From Candidatus Kaiserbacteria bacterium CG10_big_fil_rev_8_21_14_0_10_47_16 (lineage in GTDB: Bacteria > Patescibacteriota > Minisyncoccia > Phycocordibacterales > UBA918): DNA of 64,000 nt. Below are positions 55,616 to 64,000 of the stretch, one piece after another. Both the position numbers and the translations under genes were made by a program. Under the pieces are notes generated by a model. That model was not told where the DNA came from and made no database searches. It saw only the letters and a list, made by a program, of their open reading frames with translations. The first letter of the stretch is position 1, and every line of letters begins with the position of its first letter. The DNA lies in assembly GCA_002773395.1 (NCBI GenBank), contig PFBI01000006.1, positions 12,049 to 76,048 on the forward strand. Direction: 5' to 3'.

Positions 55616-55880
55616 GTTGACTGTCGTAAAGATTTCCGCACTGTTGCTGCTCATTTATTTGGCGACGACACACGCGGAAATCCTACGCACCATCCAACGC
55701 TGGGTCGGTGCCGCCGTCGACTGGGTGGAAAGGATCTTTGAGGTCAACGCCCAGTTCATGATTTTCTTCGATCTTTTCGGAGGCAAATCAATCCTGCTCT
55801 TCATTGTTCTCTGCTTCGTCATAACGATATCCGCGATATTGATTAAACATCTTACACGTGAGACAAAGAAAAAAGCGTGA
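55599..55880 (+). CDS. Orphan two-TM membrane protein
   Basis: SD AAGGAGG, overlaps the upstream ORF, basic C terminus, terminator follows. Confidence 0.65.
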   Translation: MPFLVKLTVVKISALLLLIYLATTHAEILRTIQRWVGAAVDWVERIFEVNAQFMIFFDLFGGKSILLFIVLCFVITISAILIKHLTRETKKKA

Positions 55881-55984
55881 ACATCCACACCCTGAAGGAA
55901 GCCCGGTCGCAGCATGCGGCGCGGGCTTTTTCTTTTACACAACACCGCCTATTTACCTATCGACGTACGATACAATAGGTCTGT

Positions 55985-57049
55985 ATGATTTTAAAAAGTA
56001 TGCGCATTCTCATTCTGAGTTTTATTGCATTTCTCCCTTCCTCTTTCGCATCTGCGCATGAAGTGTACGTGCTTCCACAAGACGTTATCGATACCGCAAT
56101 TCATACCCCCGGAATGCCGCTCATGCAGATACTCCTCGAGAACCTCAATCAGTTTTTACTCTGGGGATTTATGGCAATACTGTTGGTCTTCATTATCTTC
56201 TTTACTTCAATTTCACACACCCTCGAAGAACGGCTCGACCCTTTCCTTGCAAAGCTTCCTCCCTTTGCCCCCGTGATCAGCCGTATCACGATTGGCCTCG
56301 CCTTTCTCGCGGCAGCCTACTACGGGGCTCTCTTTGGGCCAGAATTGCCTCTAGGTGCATCTTTTGGGGCATATACGCCCATTATCACTGCTTTATTGAT
56401 TGTCCTCGGTTTAATGATTATTGTGGGGTTCTATACCCGCGTTGCTGCCATTATTGCCGGTCTTATTTTTCTGTGGCAAGTATCCATCTCTGGTGAATAT
56501 ATGTTCACCTATGCCAACTACGCTGGTGAGCTTATCCTCCTCATCATTCTCGGCGCGCATAAATTTGCCTATCACCACAAAGGACACGACGTGCGCCGTG
56601 CGCCCCGAGCCCTCCTTCGTTTGAAGGAAATCCTTACGCCTTATACCTTCCTCATTCTCCGCGTTGCCTTTGGTGCTTCCCTACTCTACGCTTCAATATA
56701 TGCAAAAATAATTCACAACGAACTTGCGCTCGCAGTTGCTGCAACACCGCTCGCAGGACATGCGACCAGCCTCGCTTCTGTCTTTGGGTTCTCACCAGAG
56801 TTTCTTGTTCTCGGTGCAGCGATTGTGGAGATTGTCATCGGTACATTCTTTATTCTCGGTATCGAAATTCGGTTTACCTCACTCTTCCTCCTCTTCTGGC
56901 TCTCACTTTCACTCTGGTACTTCGGCGAAGTGGTGTGGCCACACATTGTTCTCATCGGTATTCCTATTGCATTTATTTTTTATGGATACGACAAATACTC
57001 GCTCGAAGGATTCTTTTTCAAACGAAACGGGCGTGACCCTGTGCTCTAG
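55985..57049 (+). CDS. DoxX family membrane protein (two DoxX-like units)
   Basis: R..IG..F and LRV.FG..L, E...G....LG...R, YSLE. Confidence 0.75.
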   Translation: MILKSMRILILSFIAFLPSSFASAHEVYVLPQDVIDTAIHTPGMPLMQILLENLNQFLLWGFMAILLVFIIFFTSISHTLEERLDPFLAKLPPFAPVISRITIGLAFLAAAYYGALFGPELPLGASFGAYTPIITALLIVLGLMIIVGFYTRVAAIIAGLIFLWQVSISGEYMFTYANYAGELILLIILGAHKFAYHHKGHDVRRAPRALLRLKEILTPYTFLILRVAFGASLLYASIYAKIIHNELALAVAATPLAGHATSLASVFGFSPEFLVLGAAIVEIVIGTFFILGIEIRFTSLFLLFWLSLSLWYFGEVVWPHIVLIGIPIAFIFYGYDKYSLEGFFFKRNGRDPVL

Positions 57050-57099
57050 GAGTGCATAACCGGGAGTCCACTCAAAGATGATGGAATACAATAAGACCC

Positions 57100-57303
57100 A
57101 TGGAATCAGATATACTCAAAAAACTATCCGAACAAGACGAGAAGCTTGATGCTATTTGGCGTTCTGCAGAAAAAACGCGCAAGATGTTCCTCTTTACTAT
57201 GTGGGGCACGATTATTGCCTTTGTACTCCCGCTTCTCGCACTCGCGTTCGTTATCCCAAGCTTTATTAATTCGTACCTCTCAAGTTACCAAGGATTATTG
57301 TAA
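57100..57303 (+). CDS. Small membrane protein
   Basis: Coiled N terminus + TM; ATG 7 nt after TACAAT. Confidence 0.75.
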   Translation: MESDILKKLSEQDEKLDAIWRSAEKTRKMFLFTMWGTIIAFVLPLLALAFVIPSFINSYLSSYQGLL

Positions 57304-57459
57304 TCATTGTTCGCACGGTATCAGTGGGCGAGAGACATTGACTTTTAAGGGTTTTTATATTACTATCTCCCCACCTTAAGATACTCGTGTGGGGCTCTTC
57401 AGGAGCGAAAAGCTATTTTCGGATTATTACCTGCACCCCTAAGAACATACATTCCAGTC

Positions 57460-58788
57460 ATGGATCATACAACAAGCCGACCTAGTCGGAACTCTTCTTC
57501 TCGTAGTGGCAGTCGCCCAAGCTACGGAGGAGCAAACAAACGATCATCTTTCAGTGACCGTCGCGGTCGCGGTGGAAACGGAGGAGGATCATCATTTAGT
57601 AGCAATCGTTCACCACGTGGTGGTTCATCACGAAGTGGTGGTGGCAGTGGCTCATCACGTGGTCGCGGTGGCCGCATGCAAAAGTCTTTTGACGTATCAC
57701 AATACATCAACAAGAACCCTGTTATTCAGGAAACTGCAGAGGTATACGTACCTGAACATAAATTTACTGAATTCGGCCTCGATAAGAAGCTCGCATTTAC
57801 GGTAACGTCTTCAGGACTTGTGTCTCCGACACCAATTCAAGATCAGATTATTCCGCACATCCTTGAAGGACGTGACGTCATTGGTCTTGCAAACACAGGT
57901 ACCGGAAAGACCGCAGCCTTCCTCATTCCACTTATTGATAAGACCCTGCGCGAATACAATCGTCAGACACTGATTCTTGCGCCAACTCGAGAACTTGCAA
58001 TTCAGATTCAAGAAGAGCTTCGAAAGCTCAGTGGACAGTCTAAAATCTACTCAACCATCTGTGTTGGTGGAACGAGTATTCGACCACAGATCCAAGGTCT
58101 CCGACGAAAGAATCATTTTATCATCGGAACTCCCGGACGTGTGCTCGATCTTATTAATCAGGGATACCTCAAGCCGCAGCACATCCGTACCGTCGTTCTC
58201 GACGAAGCGGATCGTATGCTCGACATGGGATTCATCCATGATATGCGTAAGATTCTGCAAGACATTCCAAAAGATAAAGAAACACTCTTTTTCTCAGCGA
58301 CTATGTCTGCCGACATCGAACGACTCGTCAGCGACTTCCTTCGAAACCCTATTACCGTATCGGTAAAGAAGAAGGATATTACTGGCAGTATTGAACAAGA
58401 CGTTGTCCGTCACGGTAATCATGATAAGTTCCAAACATTGGTAACACTTCTCAAGGATACTGAGACATTCAAACGAGTGATTATCTTCGGTGCTATGAAG
58501 CACAGTGTTGAAAAACTCGGACAAGCACTCAATGCTGCAGGTATTACCGCAGAATCAATTCACGGTAATAAGTCACACCCACAGCGACAGCGCGCACTGA
58601 AAAACTTTAAAAGTGGGCAGTCACGCGTACTCGTTGCAACAGACGTCGCCGCTCGCGGTATCCACGTTGACAACGTGACTCACGTGATCAACTACGATCT
58701 CCCGAACTGTTACGAAGATTACGTACACCGTATTGGCCGTACCGGCCGCGGTGAGAAGCTTGGAAAAGCACTTACGTTCGTAGCGTAA
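57460..58788 (+). CDS. DEAD-box RNA helicase with Arg/Gly/Ser-rich N terminus
   Basis: Q motif, ANTGTGKT, PTRELA, DEAD, SAT, HRIGRTGR. Confidence 0.97.
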   Translation: MDHTTSRPSRNSSSRSGSRPSYGGANKRSSFSDRRGRGGNGGGSSFSSNRSPRGGSSRSGGGSGSSRGRGGRMQKSFDVSQYINKNPVIQETAEVYVPEHKFTEFGLDKKLAFTVTSSGLVSPTPIQDQIIPHILEGRDVIGLANTGTGKTAAFLIPLIDKTLREYNRQTLILAPTRELAIQIQEELRKLSGQSKIYSTICVGGTSIRPQIQGLRRKNHFIIGTPGRVLDLINQGYLKPQHIRTVVLDEADRMLDMGFIHDMRKILQDIPKDKETLFFSATMSADIERLVSDFLRNPITVSVKKKDITGSIEQDVVRHGNHDKFQTLVTLLKDTETFKRVIIFGAMKHSVEKLGQALNAAGITAESIHGNKSHPQRQRALKNFKSGQSRVLVATDVAARGIHVDNVTHVINYDLPNCYEDYVHRIGRTGRGEKLGKALTFVA

Positions 58789-58825
58789 TAAAAAGCCCTC
58801 GGCACTCGCCGAGGGCTTTTTATTA
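58786..58825 (+). terminator. Intrinsic terminator
   Basis: TAATAAAAAGCCCTCGGC-ACTC-GCCGAGGGCTTTTTATTA. Confidence 0.85.
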
Positions 58826-58900
58826 TTTTATGCCCCATATTGACTCTTTTTGGAAATAAGGACAGTATAGGAACTAGATTCATTGGCATGGGAGCTCAAA

Positions 58901-59131
58901 ATGGAATTTCTCCAATCGCAGGTACCCCTCATTGCCTGCGTCGTGATAATCATACTCGGCGCAGCCTTTTTTCTGGGTTGTCTCGCCTTTCTGTCAGACA
59001 ATATCTTCGTCTTCACTCTAAGGTTTACATTTTTTGTCGTCCTCGCGGCAGTCGCTGTTTTGATTGTCTATCATTCGGACGAGAGTGTGTCGACAAGTAT
59101 CCGAGCAGAGCTGAAGCGGCTCACGAGCTAA
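58901..59131 (+). CDS. Orphan two-TM membrane protein
   Basis: GGGAG before ATG; terminator hairpin near 59137-59172. Confidence 0.6.
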   Translation: MEFLQSQVPLIACVVIIILGAAFFLGCLAFLSDNIFVFTLRFTFFVVLAAVAVLIVYHSDESVSTSIRAELKRLTS

Positions 59132-59260
59132 CATACGCCGCCCAAGGAAAGGCTTCCTCTGGGCGGCTTTTCTGTTACCTATATAGTGACAATCTCATAT
59201 TTTTATGATATAAATTTGCCAGATTTCTCCCACATACGAAAGGACCCTCACGTGGAAAGA

Positions 59261-59608
59261 ATGCATGTACCCCAATGGGTCCTTATCGGGACCATCATCA
59301 GCCTCGCGCTCGCCGACCAACTGCAGGAGAAAGGAATTCCCGCACATAAGCTCGATGTGCTTCCGCAAGACATCGAGATTCTGAGCAATCTCCTGCCGGA
59401 AGAAGACCGGCGAGCAACGATCCAATATCGGCGTACGAGAATCCGGGACGTCTTACGGAACGAAATTCCCGTTCTCGCTGGGTTCGGATCGGAAAATGTG
59501 ACATACTCCGATTTCGATACCTGGGTCCAGGATGTGGCAAATGCTGTCTTCGATGGCGATGGAGGTGCCATTATCGAAAACCAACGAGGCAGAGTTCTCG
59601 TCATTTAG
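59261..59608 (+). CDS. Orphan protein
   Basis: 115-aa ORF, hydrophobic N terminus, terminator near 59630-59670. Confidence 0.6.
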   Translation: MHVPQWVLIGTIISLALADQLQEKGIPAHKLDVLPQDIEILSNLLPEEDRRATIQYRRTRIRDVLRNEIPVLAGFGSENVTYSDFDTWVQDVANAVFDGDGGAIIENQRGRVLVI

Positions 59609-59678
59609 CATGAACAGCCTTCCCTTCAGAAAACCGCCAGTGGGTACGTATCCCACTCGGCGGTTTTGTTTTTTGTAA

Positions 59679-60872
59679 TTATAAATTTTTCCAGATATCC
59701 GGATCCTCTTCCCCATCAATCTTAAAGAGTGCAACTCCTCGAAGCCCAAATTCTTTTGCAAGATCAATCTTTGTTTGAGCTGACGTTGCGTCTCCATATG
59801 ATGCAAGGTTGAAGGTGAGTGTCTGCCCTGTTGCATTTGCATACATGAGTGCTTGTGCTGCAGCTTCATTCCCCTTTTGTGTACCTTTCGGCACAGGGAG
59901 TGCGCTCAATACCCGATACGGTGATTCCTTTGGGAAATAGGTGAAATTGAGTTCGCCGCCGAGATTGCGCCCCGGTGTCACCTTGTAGTCTTTTGCAATT
60001 TGCTCTAAGTCAGGCTTATTCAATGCCCCAAGACGTTCATAGCTTTGATACCAATCAGGAGAAACCGTCACACGGTAATGATACCCGTACGTTGGAATAC
60101 CGAGCATAATTTTATCTGCAGGGATATCCTTCAGTGCAAACGCTACCACTTTACGCACCCAATCAATATCAGACACAGGGAAATACGGTGCACCTTTTCT
60201 GGCATTATTGAGTGAGAGATCGGCACGTTGCTGATCGTAGGCCATGATCACCACACGGTCGCAGTGTGTCGCGATTGCTTTATAGTCATTTGAGTAATTG
60301 ATAGTCGCAGGAACAACCTTATACAGCGATTCTGGTGGTGTACGTGGTTCAATGGTACACACAAGTGTCTTACTGCCGATCGCAGCCTTTAGTTCTTTAA
60401 GAAAAAGTGAGAAGTACGGATTTGTCTCAGCAAGCTTTCCTTCATAATCAATATCAACTCCGGCGTAGCGTCCGTCTTCTACCATTTTCTTGATCTCTGC
60501 AATATGTGCGGTGCGAGATCTAGTGTTACTTAAAATACGATTGAGCACCTGCCCATCGCTCGACATGATGCTCGGGATGACATCAGTATTATCCCTGTCC
60601 GCTTGGCGAATAAGACGCTTCCATTTACTTTCATCTAACCCCGCGAGGTCTTTGAGGGTGCCGTCGCTTTTAATAGTAAATCCAAAAGGAAATATCATAT
60701 CGAGACTGCTCATATGGAGTCGTGCAGATTTGGTGCCGAGTGTTTCCTGCCAATATGGCACCCACCCTGCAACCTCAAGATCACCAGTCGTAGTGGCTGC
60801 GTTTACGGTACCTACACCAAAACTGCTTACCGTGAGTAGGGAAACAACAAAAACTCCAATATATGATTTCAT
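59679..60872 (-). CDS. Secreted glycoside hydrolase family 18 protein
   Basis: Signal peptide, GVDIDYE catalytic motif, MAYD, KIMLGIPTYG. Confidence 0.92.
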   Translation of the reverse strand: MKSYIGVFVVSLLTVSSFGVGTVNAATTTGDLEVAGWVPYWQETLGTKSARLHMSSLDMIFPFGFTIKSDGTLKDLAGLDESKWKRLIRQADRDNTDVIPSIMSSDGQVLNRILSNTRSRTAHIAEIKKMVEDGRYAGVDIDYEGKLAETNPYFSLFLKELKAAIGSKTLVCTIEPRTPPESLYKVVPATINYSNDYKAIATHCDRVVIMAYDQQRADLSLNNARKGAPYFPVSDIDWVRKVVAFALKDIPADKIMLGIPTYGYHYRVTVSPDWYQSYERLGALNKPDLEQIAKDYKVTPGRNLGGELNFTYFPKESPYRVLSALPVPKGTQKGNEAAAQALMYANATGQTLTFNLASYGDATSAQTKIDLAKEFGLRGVALFKIDGEEDPDIWKNL

Positions 60873-60966
60873 ACTTGTGATGACGGACTAAAAATCTCTT
60901 TCTTTCATCCTATGCTACTGCCCCATCTTTTCTGCGTTTGCCAAGATGGCAAACGCAGAAAAGATA

Positions 60967-62748
60967 CTATTTCCGCTTCAACTTTGCTCGTTCAGCCTCT
61001 TTGAGGTACTTCTTTCGGAGACGTGTACTTTCTGGAGTAATCTCGAGGTACTCATCTTCAGACATAATTTCGAGACCAAGCTCAATCGTGAGTTCTCGCG
61101 GTGGCACGAGCTGAATGTTTTCGTCAGTTCCCGATGCACGCATGTTGGTAAGTTGCTTCCCTTTAATTGGGTTTACCGACATATCCTCACCCTTTGAGGT
61201 GTTTCCAATAACCATTCCTTCATACACTTCGGTATTCACTGGAATATAGAGCTGTCCGCGATCCTGAAGGTTCGCAAGAGAAAAGCCGAGTGCCTTCCCC
61301 ATTGCCATAGAAACCATTGATCCTGTTGCTCGCTTCACGATCTCTCCTGCAAACGGCTTAAAGCCCGTCACACGACTCGAGAGGATGCCTTCACCCTTCG
61401 TATCAATAATAAATTGTCCGCGATATCCGAGAAGTCCTCGAGTAGGAATTTCAAAGATGAGACGTGATGTGTTCTCGTGCTGCGTCATGTTGAGCATGAT
61501 GCCTTTGCGGTTTCCAAGACGTTCAATAACCGAACCTTGGAATTCTGTCGGGACATCAATCGTTACTTCTTCATACGGCTCAAGCTTCTTACCATCCTCT
61601 TCTTTGATGATGATGCGTGGCTGCGATACTTGGAGTTCATAGCCTTCACGTCGCATGTTCTCAAGAAGCACGGCGATATGGAGTTCACCACGTCCTGCCA
61701 CACTAAACGGCGCACCGGTACTGGTGTCTACATGGAGTCCAACGTTAATTTCAAGTTCTTTATCGAGACGTTCACCAATCTGTCGTCCCGTTACATACTT
61801 TCCTTCGCGACCAGCAAAAGGGGAGTCGTTTACCAAAAAGTCGAGGGTGATGGTCGGTTCATCAATTGTGATAGCGGGGAAGGGATCAACAGCATCATTT
61901 CCACAGAGTGTTTCTCCGATGAAGATATCAGGGAATCCCGCAACGAGCACAATGTCTCCCGCTTCAGCGAGTTCTGCTTCTTCTCGTGCAATACCACGGA
62001 AGGTAAAGATCTTCGTTACTTTCCCACTTCGTACTTCCCCTGTTGGCTTCTTTACAAAAATCGTACTCCCCATCTTGATCGTACCGTCATAAATACGAGC
62101 AACCGCAAGACGTCCGAGGAAGTTGTCGTATCCGAGGTTGAATACCTGCGCGCGTAGTTCAGCATTTTTATCACCTGATGCTGCTGGTACCTCTGCAAGA
62201 ATAGTATCGAGGAGTGGTGTGAGGTCTGTTGATTCATCCTCAAGCTTCTTCTTCGCAATACCATCGCGGCCGATTGCGTACACAACCGTAAAGTCGAGTT
62301 GCTCATCGTTTGCACCAAGTTCCATAAAGAGTTCGAGAACCTGTTCTTCTGCAAGCTCTGGATTTGCCGCAGGCTTGTCAATTTTATTAATAACCACAAT
62401 AGGCTTCAGTCCGAGCTCAAGTGACTTCTTGAGTACGAAACGTGTCTGTGGCATCGGCCCTTCCTGTGCGTCTACGATGAGAAGCACCGAGTCAATAGAA
62501 CGGAGTACGCGCTCTACTTCACTACCGAAGTCCGCGTGTCCTGGAGTATCTACAATGTTGATCTTGGTATCACGGTAGTATACAGCCGTATTTTTAGCAT
62601 AAATAGTAATACCACGCTCTTTTTCAAGATCGTTGGTATCCATACTCATTCCTTCGTCAAACATACCCGTCTGACGCATGATGCCGTCAGTCAGGGTCGT
62701 TTTCCCGTGGTCTACGTGCGCGATAATAGCGATATTTCTAATTTCCAT
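60967..62748 (-). CDS. typA: Translational GTPase TypA/BipA
   Basis: [29 protein letters not shown]. Confidence 0.98.
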   Translation of the reverse strand: MEIRNIAIIAHVDHGKTTLTDGIMRQTGMFDEGMSMDTNDLEKERGITIYAKNTAVYYRDTKINIVDTPGHADFGSEVERVLRSIDSVLLIVDAQEGPMPQTRFVLKKSLELGLKPIVVINKIDKPAANPELAEEQVLELFMELGANDEQLDFTVVYAIGRDGIAKKKLEDESTDLTPLLDTILAEVPAASGDKNAELRAQVFNLGYDNFLGRLAVARIYDGTIKMGSTIFVKKPTGEVRSGKVTKIFTFRGIAREEAELAEAGDIVLVAGFPDIFIGETLCGNDAVDPFPAITIDEPTITLDFLVNDSPFAGREGKYVTGRQIGERLDKELEINVGLHVDTSTGAPFSVAGRGELHIAVLLENMRREGYELQVSQPRIIIKEEDGKKLEPYEEVTIDVPTEFQGSVIERLGNRKGIMLNMTQHENTSRLIFEIPTRGLLGYRGQFIIDTKGEGILSSRVTGFKPFAGEIVKRATGSMVSMAMGKALGFSLANLQDRGQLYIPVNTEVYEGMVIGNTSKGEDMSVNPIKGKQLTNMRASGTDENIQLVPPRELTIELGLEIMSEDEYLEITPESTRLRKKYLKEAERAKLKRK

Positions 62749-62824
62749 TGTAGTAAGATGAAGTGCCAGAATACACTAGAAAGCCCTTAAATTCAACCGT
62801 ATTTATCATGTATACTATTCGAAT

Positions 62825-62899
62825 ATGAAAACTATTGGAATCGCGGTACTACTCTTTATAGGACTACTCCTCCTCAATGCACTGGTTTCAACGCTATAA
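62825..62899 (+). CDS. 24-aa single-TM microprotein overlapping the truB start
   Basis: MKTIGIAVLLFIGLLLLNALVSTL; ATG 8 nt after TATACT. Confidence 0.4.
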   Translation: MKTIGIAVLLFIGLLLLNALVSTL

Positions 62900-63686
62900 A
62901 AACTTTTTTACGCGTAGGGAAGTGCCGTACGTTTTTCTAGAAAAAGCTGTGGGCGAGACTCCCCTTGTTGCGCTTGAAAAATATCGCGCAGAGCATCCTG
63001 CGCTCACTGGTGTTCCTATGGCATACGCCGGCCGTCTTGATCCTATGGCGAGCGGGACGCTCCTTATACTCATTGGCGACGAATGCAAACAGCAGGAAAA
63101 GTATCACGCACTCGACAAAGAGTACGAATTCTCTGTGCTCTTTGGTGCTTCCTCTGATACAGGTGACGTCCTTGGGCGGATTACGGCGATGGACGCGCCG
63201 GATGTTAGCGAAGCTAACATCCGGCGCGTCCTCCCCACCCTCGTAGGTCCGATTACCCTTCCGTACCCACACTTCTCTTCAAAAACGGTCCGAGGAAAAC
63301 CACTCCACGTATGGACACTCGAAAACCGCCTCGATGAAATCGATATCCCAACATACACCAGTACCATTTACACACTGACGCTTAATACTGTTATACAAAA
63401 ATCCGGCGTAGATATTTCCAAGGAAGCGCTCACGAAGATTGAAACCATTCCACCCGTCACCGAAGCATCAAAAGCACTTGGAAGAGATTTTCGTAGAGAC
63501 GACGTACGGAAAGACTGGAAACAATTTGAAGAAACGCACGGGAGTGAAATCTACACAATTGCAACATTTACCTGCAAAGCATCTTCCGGCATGTACATGC
63601 GTTCCCTCTCTGAAATAATCGCGCAAAAGCTGGGTACCACAGGTCTTGCGTACGCTATCCACCGTACAAAGATTTTTCTAAGTTGA
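62877..63686 (+). CDS. truB: tRNA pseudouridine-55 synthase (catalytic domain only)
   Basis: AGRLDPMASG, KEY, SDTGD, SSG.YMRSL. Confidence 0.88.
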   Translation: MHWFQRYKNFFTRREVPYVFLEKAVGETPLVALEKYRAEHPALTGVPMAYAGRLDPMASGTLLILIGDECKQQEKYHALDKEYEFSVLFGASSDTGDVLGRITAMDAPDVSEANIRRVLPTLVGPITLPYPHFSSKTVRGKPLHVWTLENRLDEIDIPTYTSTIYTLTLNTVIQKSGVDISKEALTKIETIPPVTEASKALGRDFRRDDVRKDWKQFEETHGSEIYTIATFTCKASSGMYMRSLSEIIAQKLGTTGLAYAIHRTKIFLS

Positions 63687-63754
63687 CAAAGAGACCATTT
63701 CTGGGGTATAATATATTTAGATATTCACCCACTTTTAGACGAAAGAGGGCTGCG

Positions 63755-64000
63755 ATGCACATCGAAATCATCAAGTTTTCTTCCTACCACGTCACCGTCC
63801 TTATTAATGGAGTTGAGATCAATTTTATTGGATACCTCAATATCATTGAAAAGGATTCAGGCAATTGGATTTCCGACAAAGGGGCATTCTTTGCTGGAAA
63901 AAACTTGGCTCAGAAAGCCATGGGAGTTGCGCGGGAAATGAACGGTATGAAACCGTCTCGTAACAGTTTCTACGCAAAGAAAATTTTAGAGTGGCATTAC
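63755..64000 (+). CDS. Orphan protein, runs off window edge
   Basis: Open frame MHIEIIKFSSYHVTVLING..., GAGGG RBS, TTGACA-N18-TATAAT at 63683-63712. Confidence 0.6.
   Translation, partial: MHIEIIKFSSYHVTVLINGVEINFIGYLNIIEKDSGNWISDKGAFFAGKNLAQKAMGVAREMNGMKPSRNSFYAKKILEWHY

Noticed and set aside
1-64000. Alternative genetic code (UGA = Gly)
   Set aside because: Core genes translate full length under code 11 with no in-frame TGA.

Overview
A chromosomal window from a small-genome bacterium that reads as Patescibacteria/CPR, probably Parcubacteria. This is inferred from the trimmed housekeeping proteins, unlinked core genes, apparent leaderless starts and standard genetic code. Recognisable genes include miaA, thrS, ddl, uvrC/uvrA/uvrB, tgt, rpmA, rplI, tsaD, valS, an RND pump, rpsU, ybeY, ftsA/ftsZ, trxB, uppP, dsbA, a UvrD-nuclease fusion, raiA/hpf, a DEAD-box helicase, typA and truB, plus tRNA-Val(GAC) and tRNA-Asn(GTT). 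Orphan genes, many with Shine-Dalgarno sites, lie between the core genes. The most unusual observations are: (i) both tRNAs have 13-14 bp inverted repeats extending the acceptor stem, and tRNA-Val appears nested inside a split, degenerate copy of itself; (ii) a small hairpin-element family occurs at both tRNAs and after ftsZ; (iii) a giant surface protein has a Tyr/Asp/Asn tract, 11 Cys-paired repeats and an internal sortase-like signal, downstream of a three-gene exported-protein operon with a long structured leader; (iv) there are two candidate ncRNAs; (v) a convergent PyrE/PyrF-like pair has altered active-site motifs; (vi) UvrA and UvrC are stripped down; (vii) a transglycosylase-like gene lacks a canonical start codon. 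No CRISPR array, integrase, transposase or reverse transcriptase was seen. All family calls come from motif recognition by eye, not database searches.
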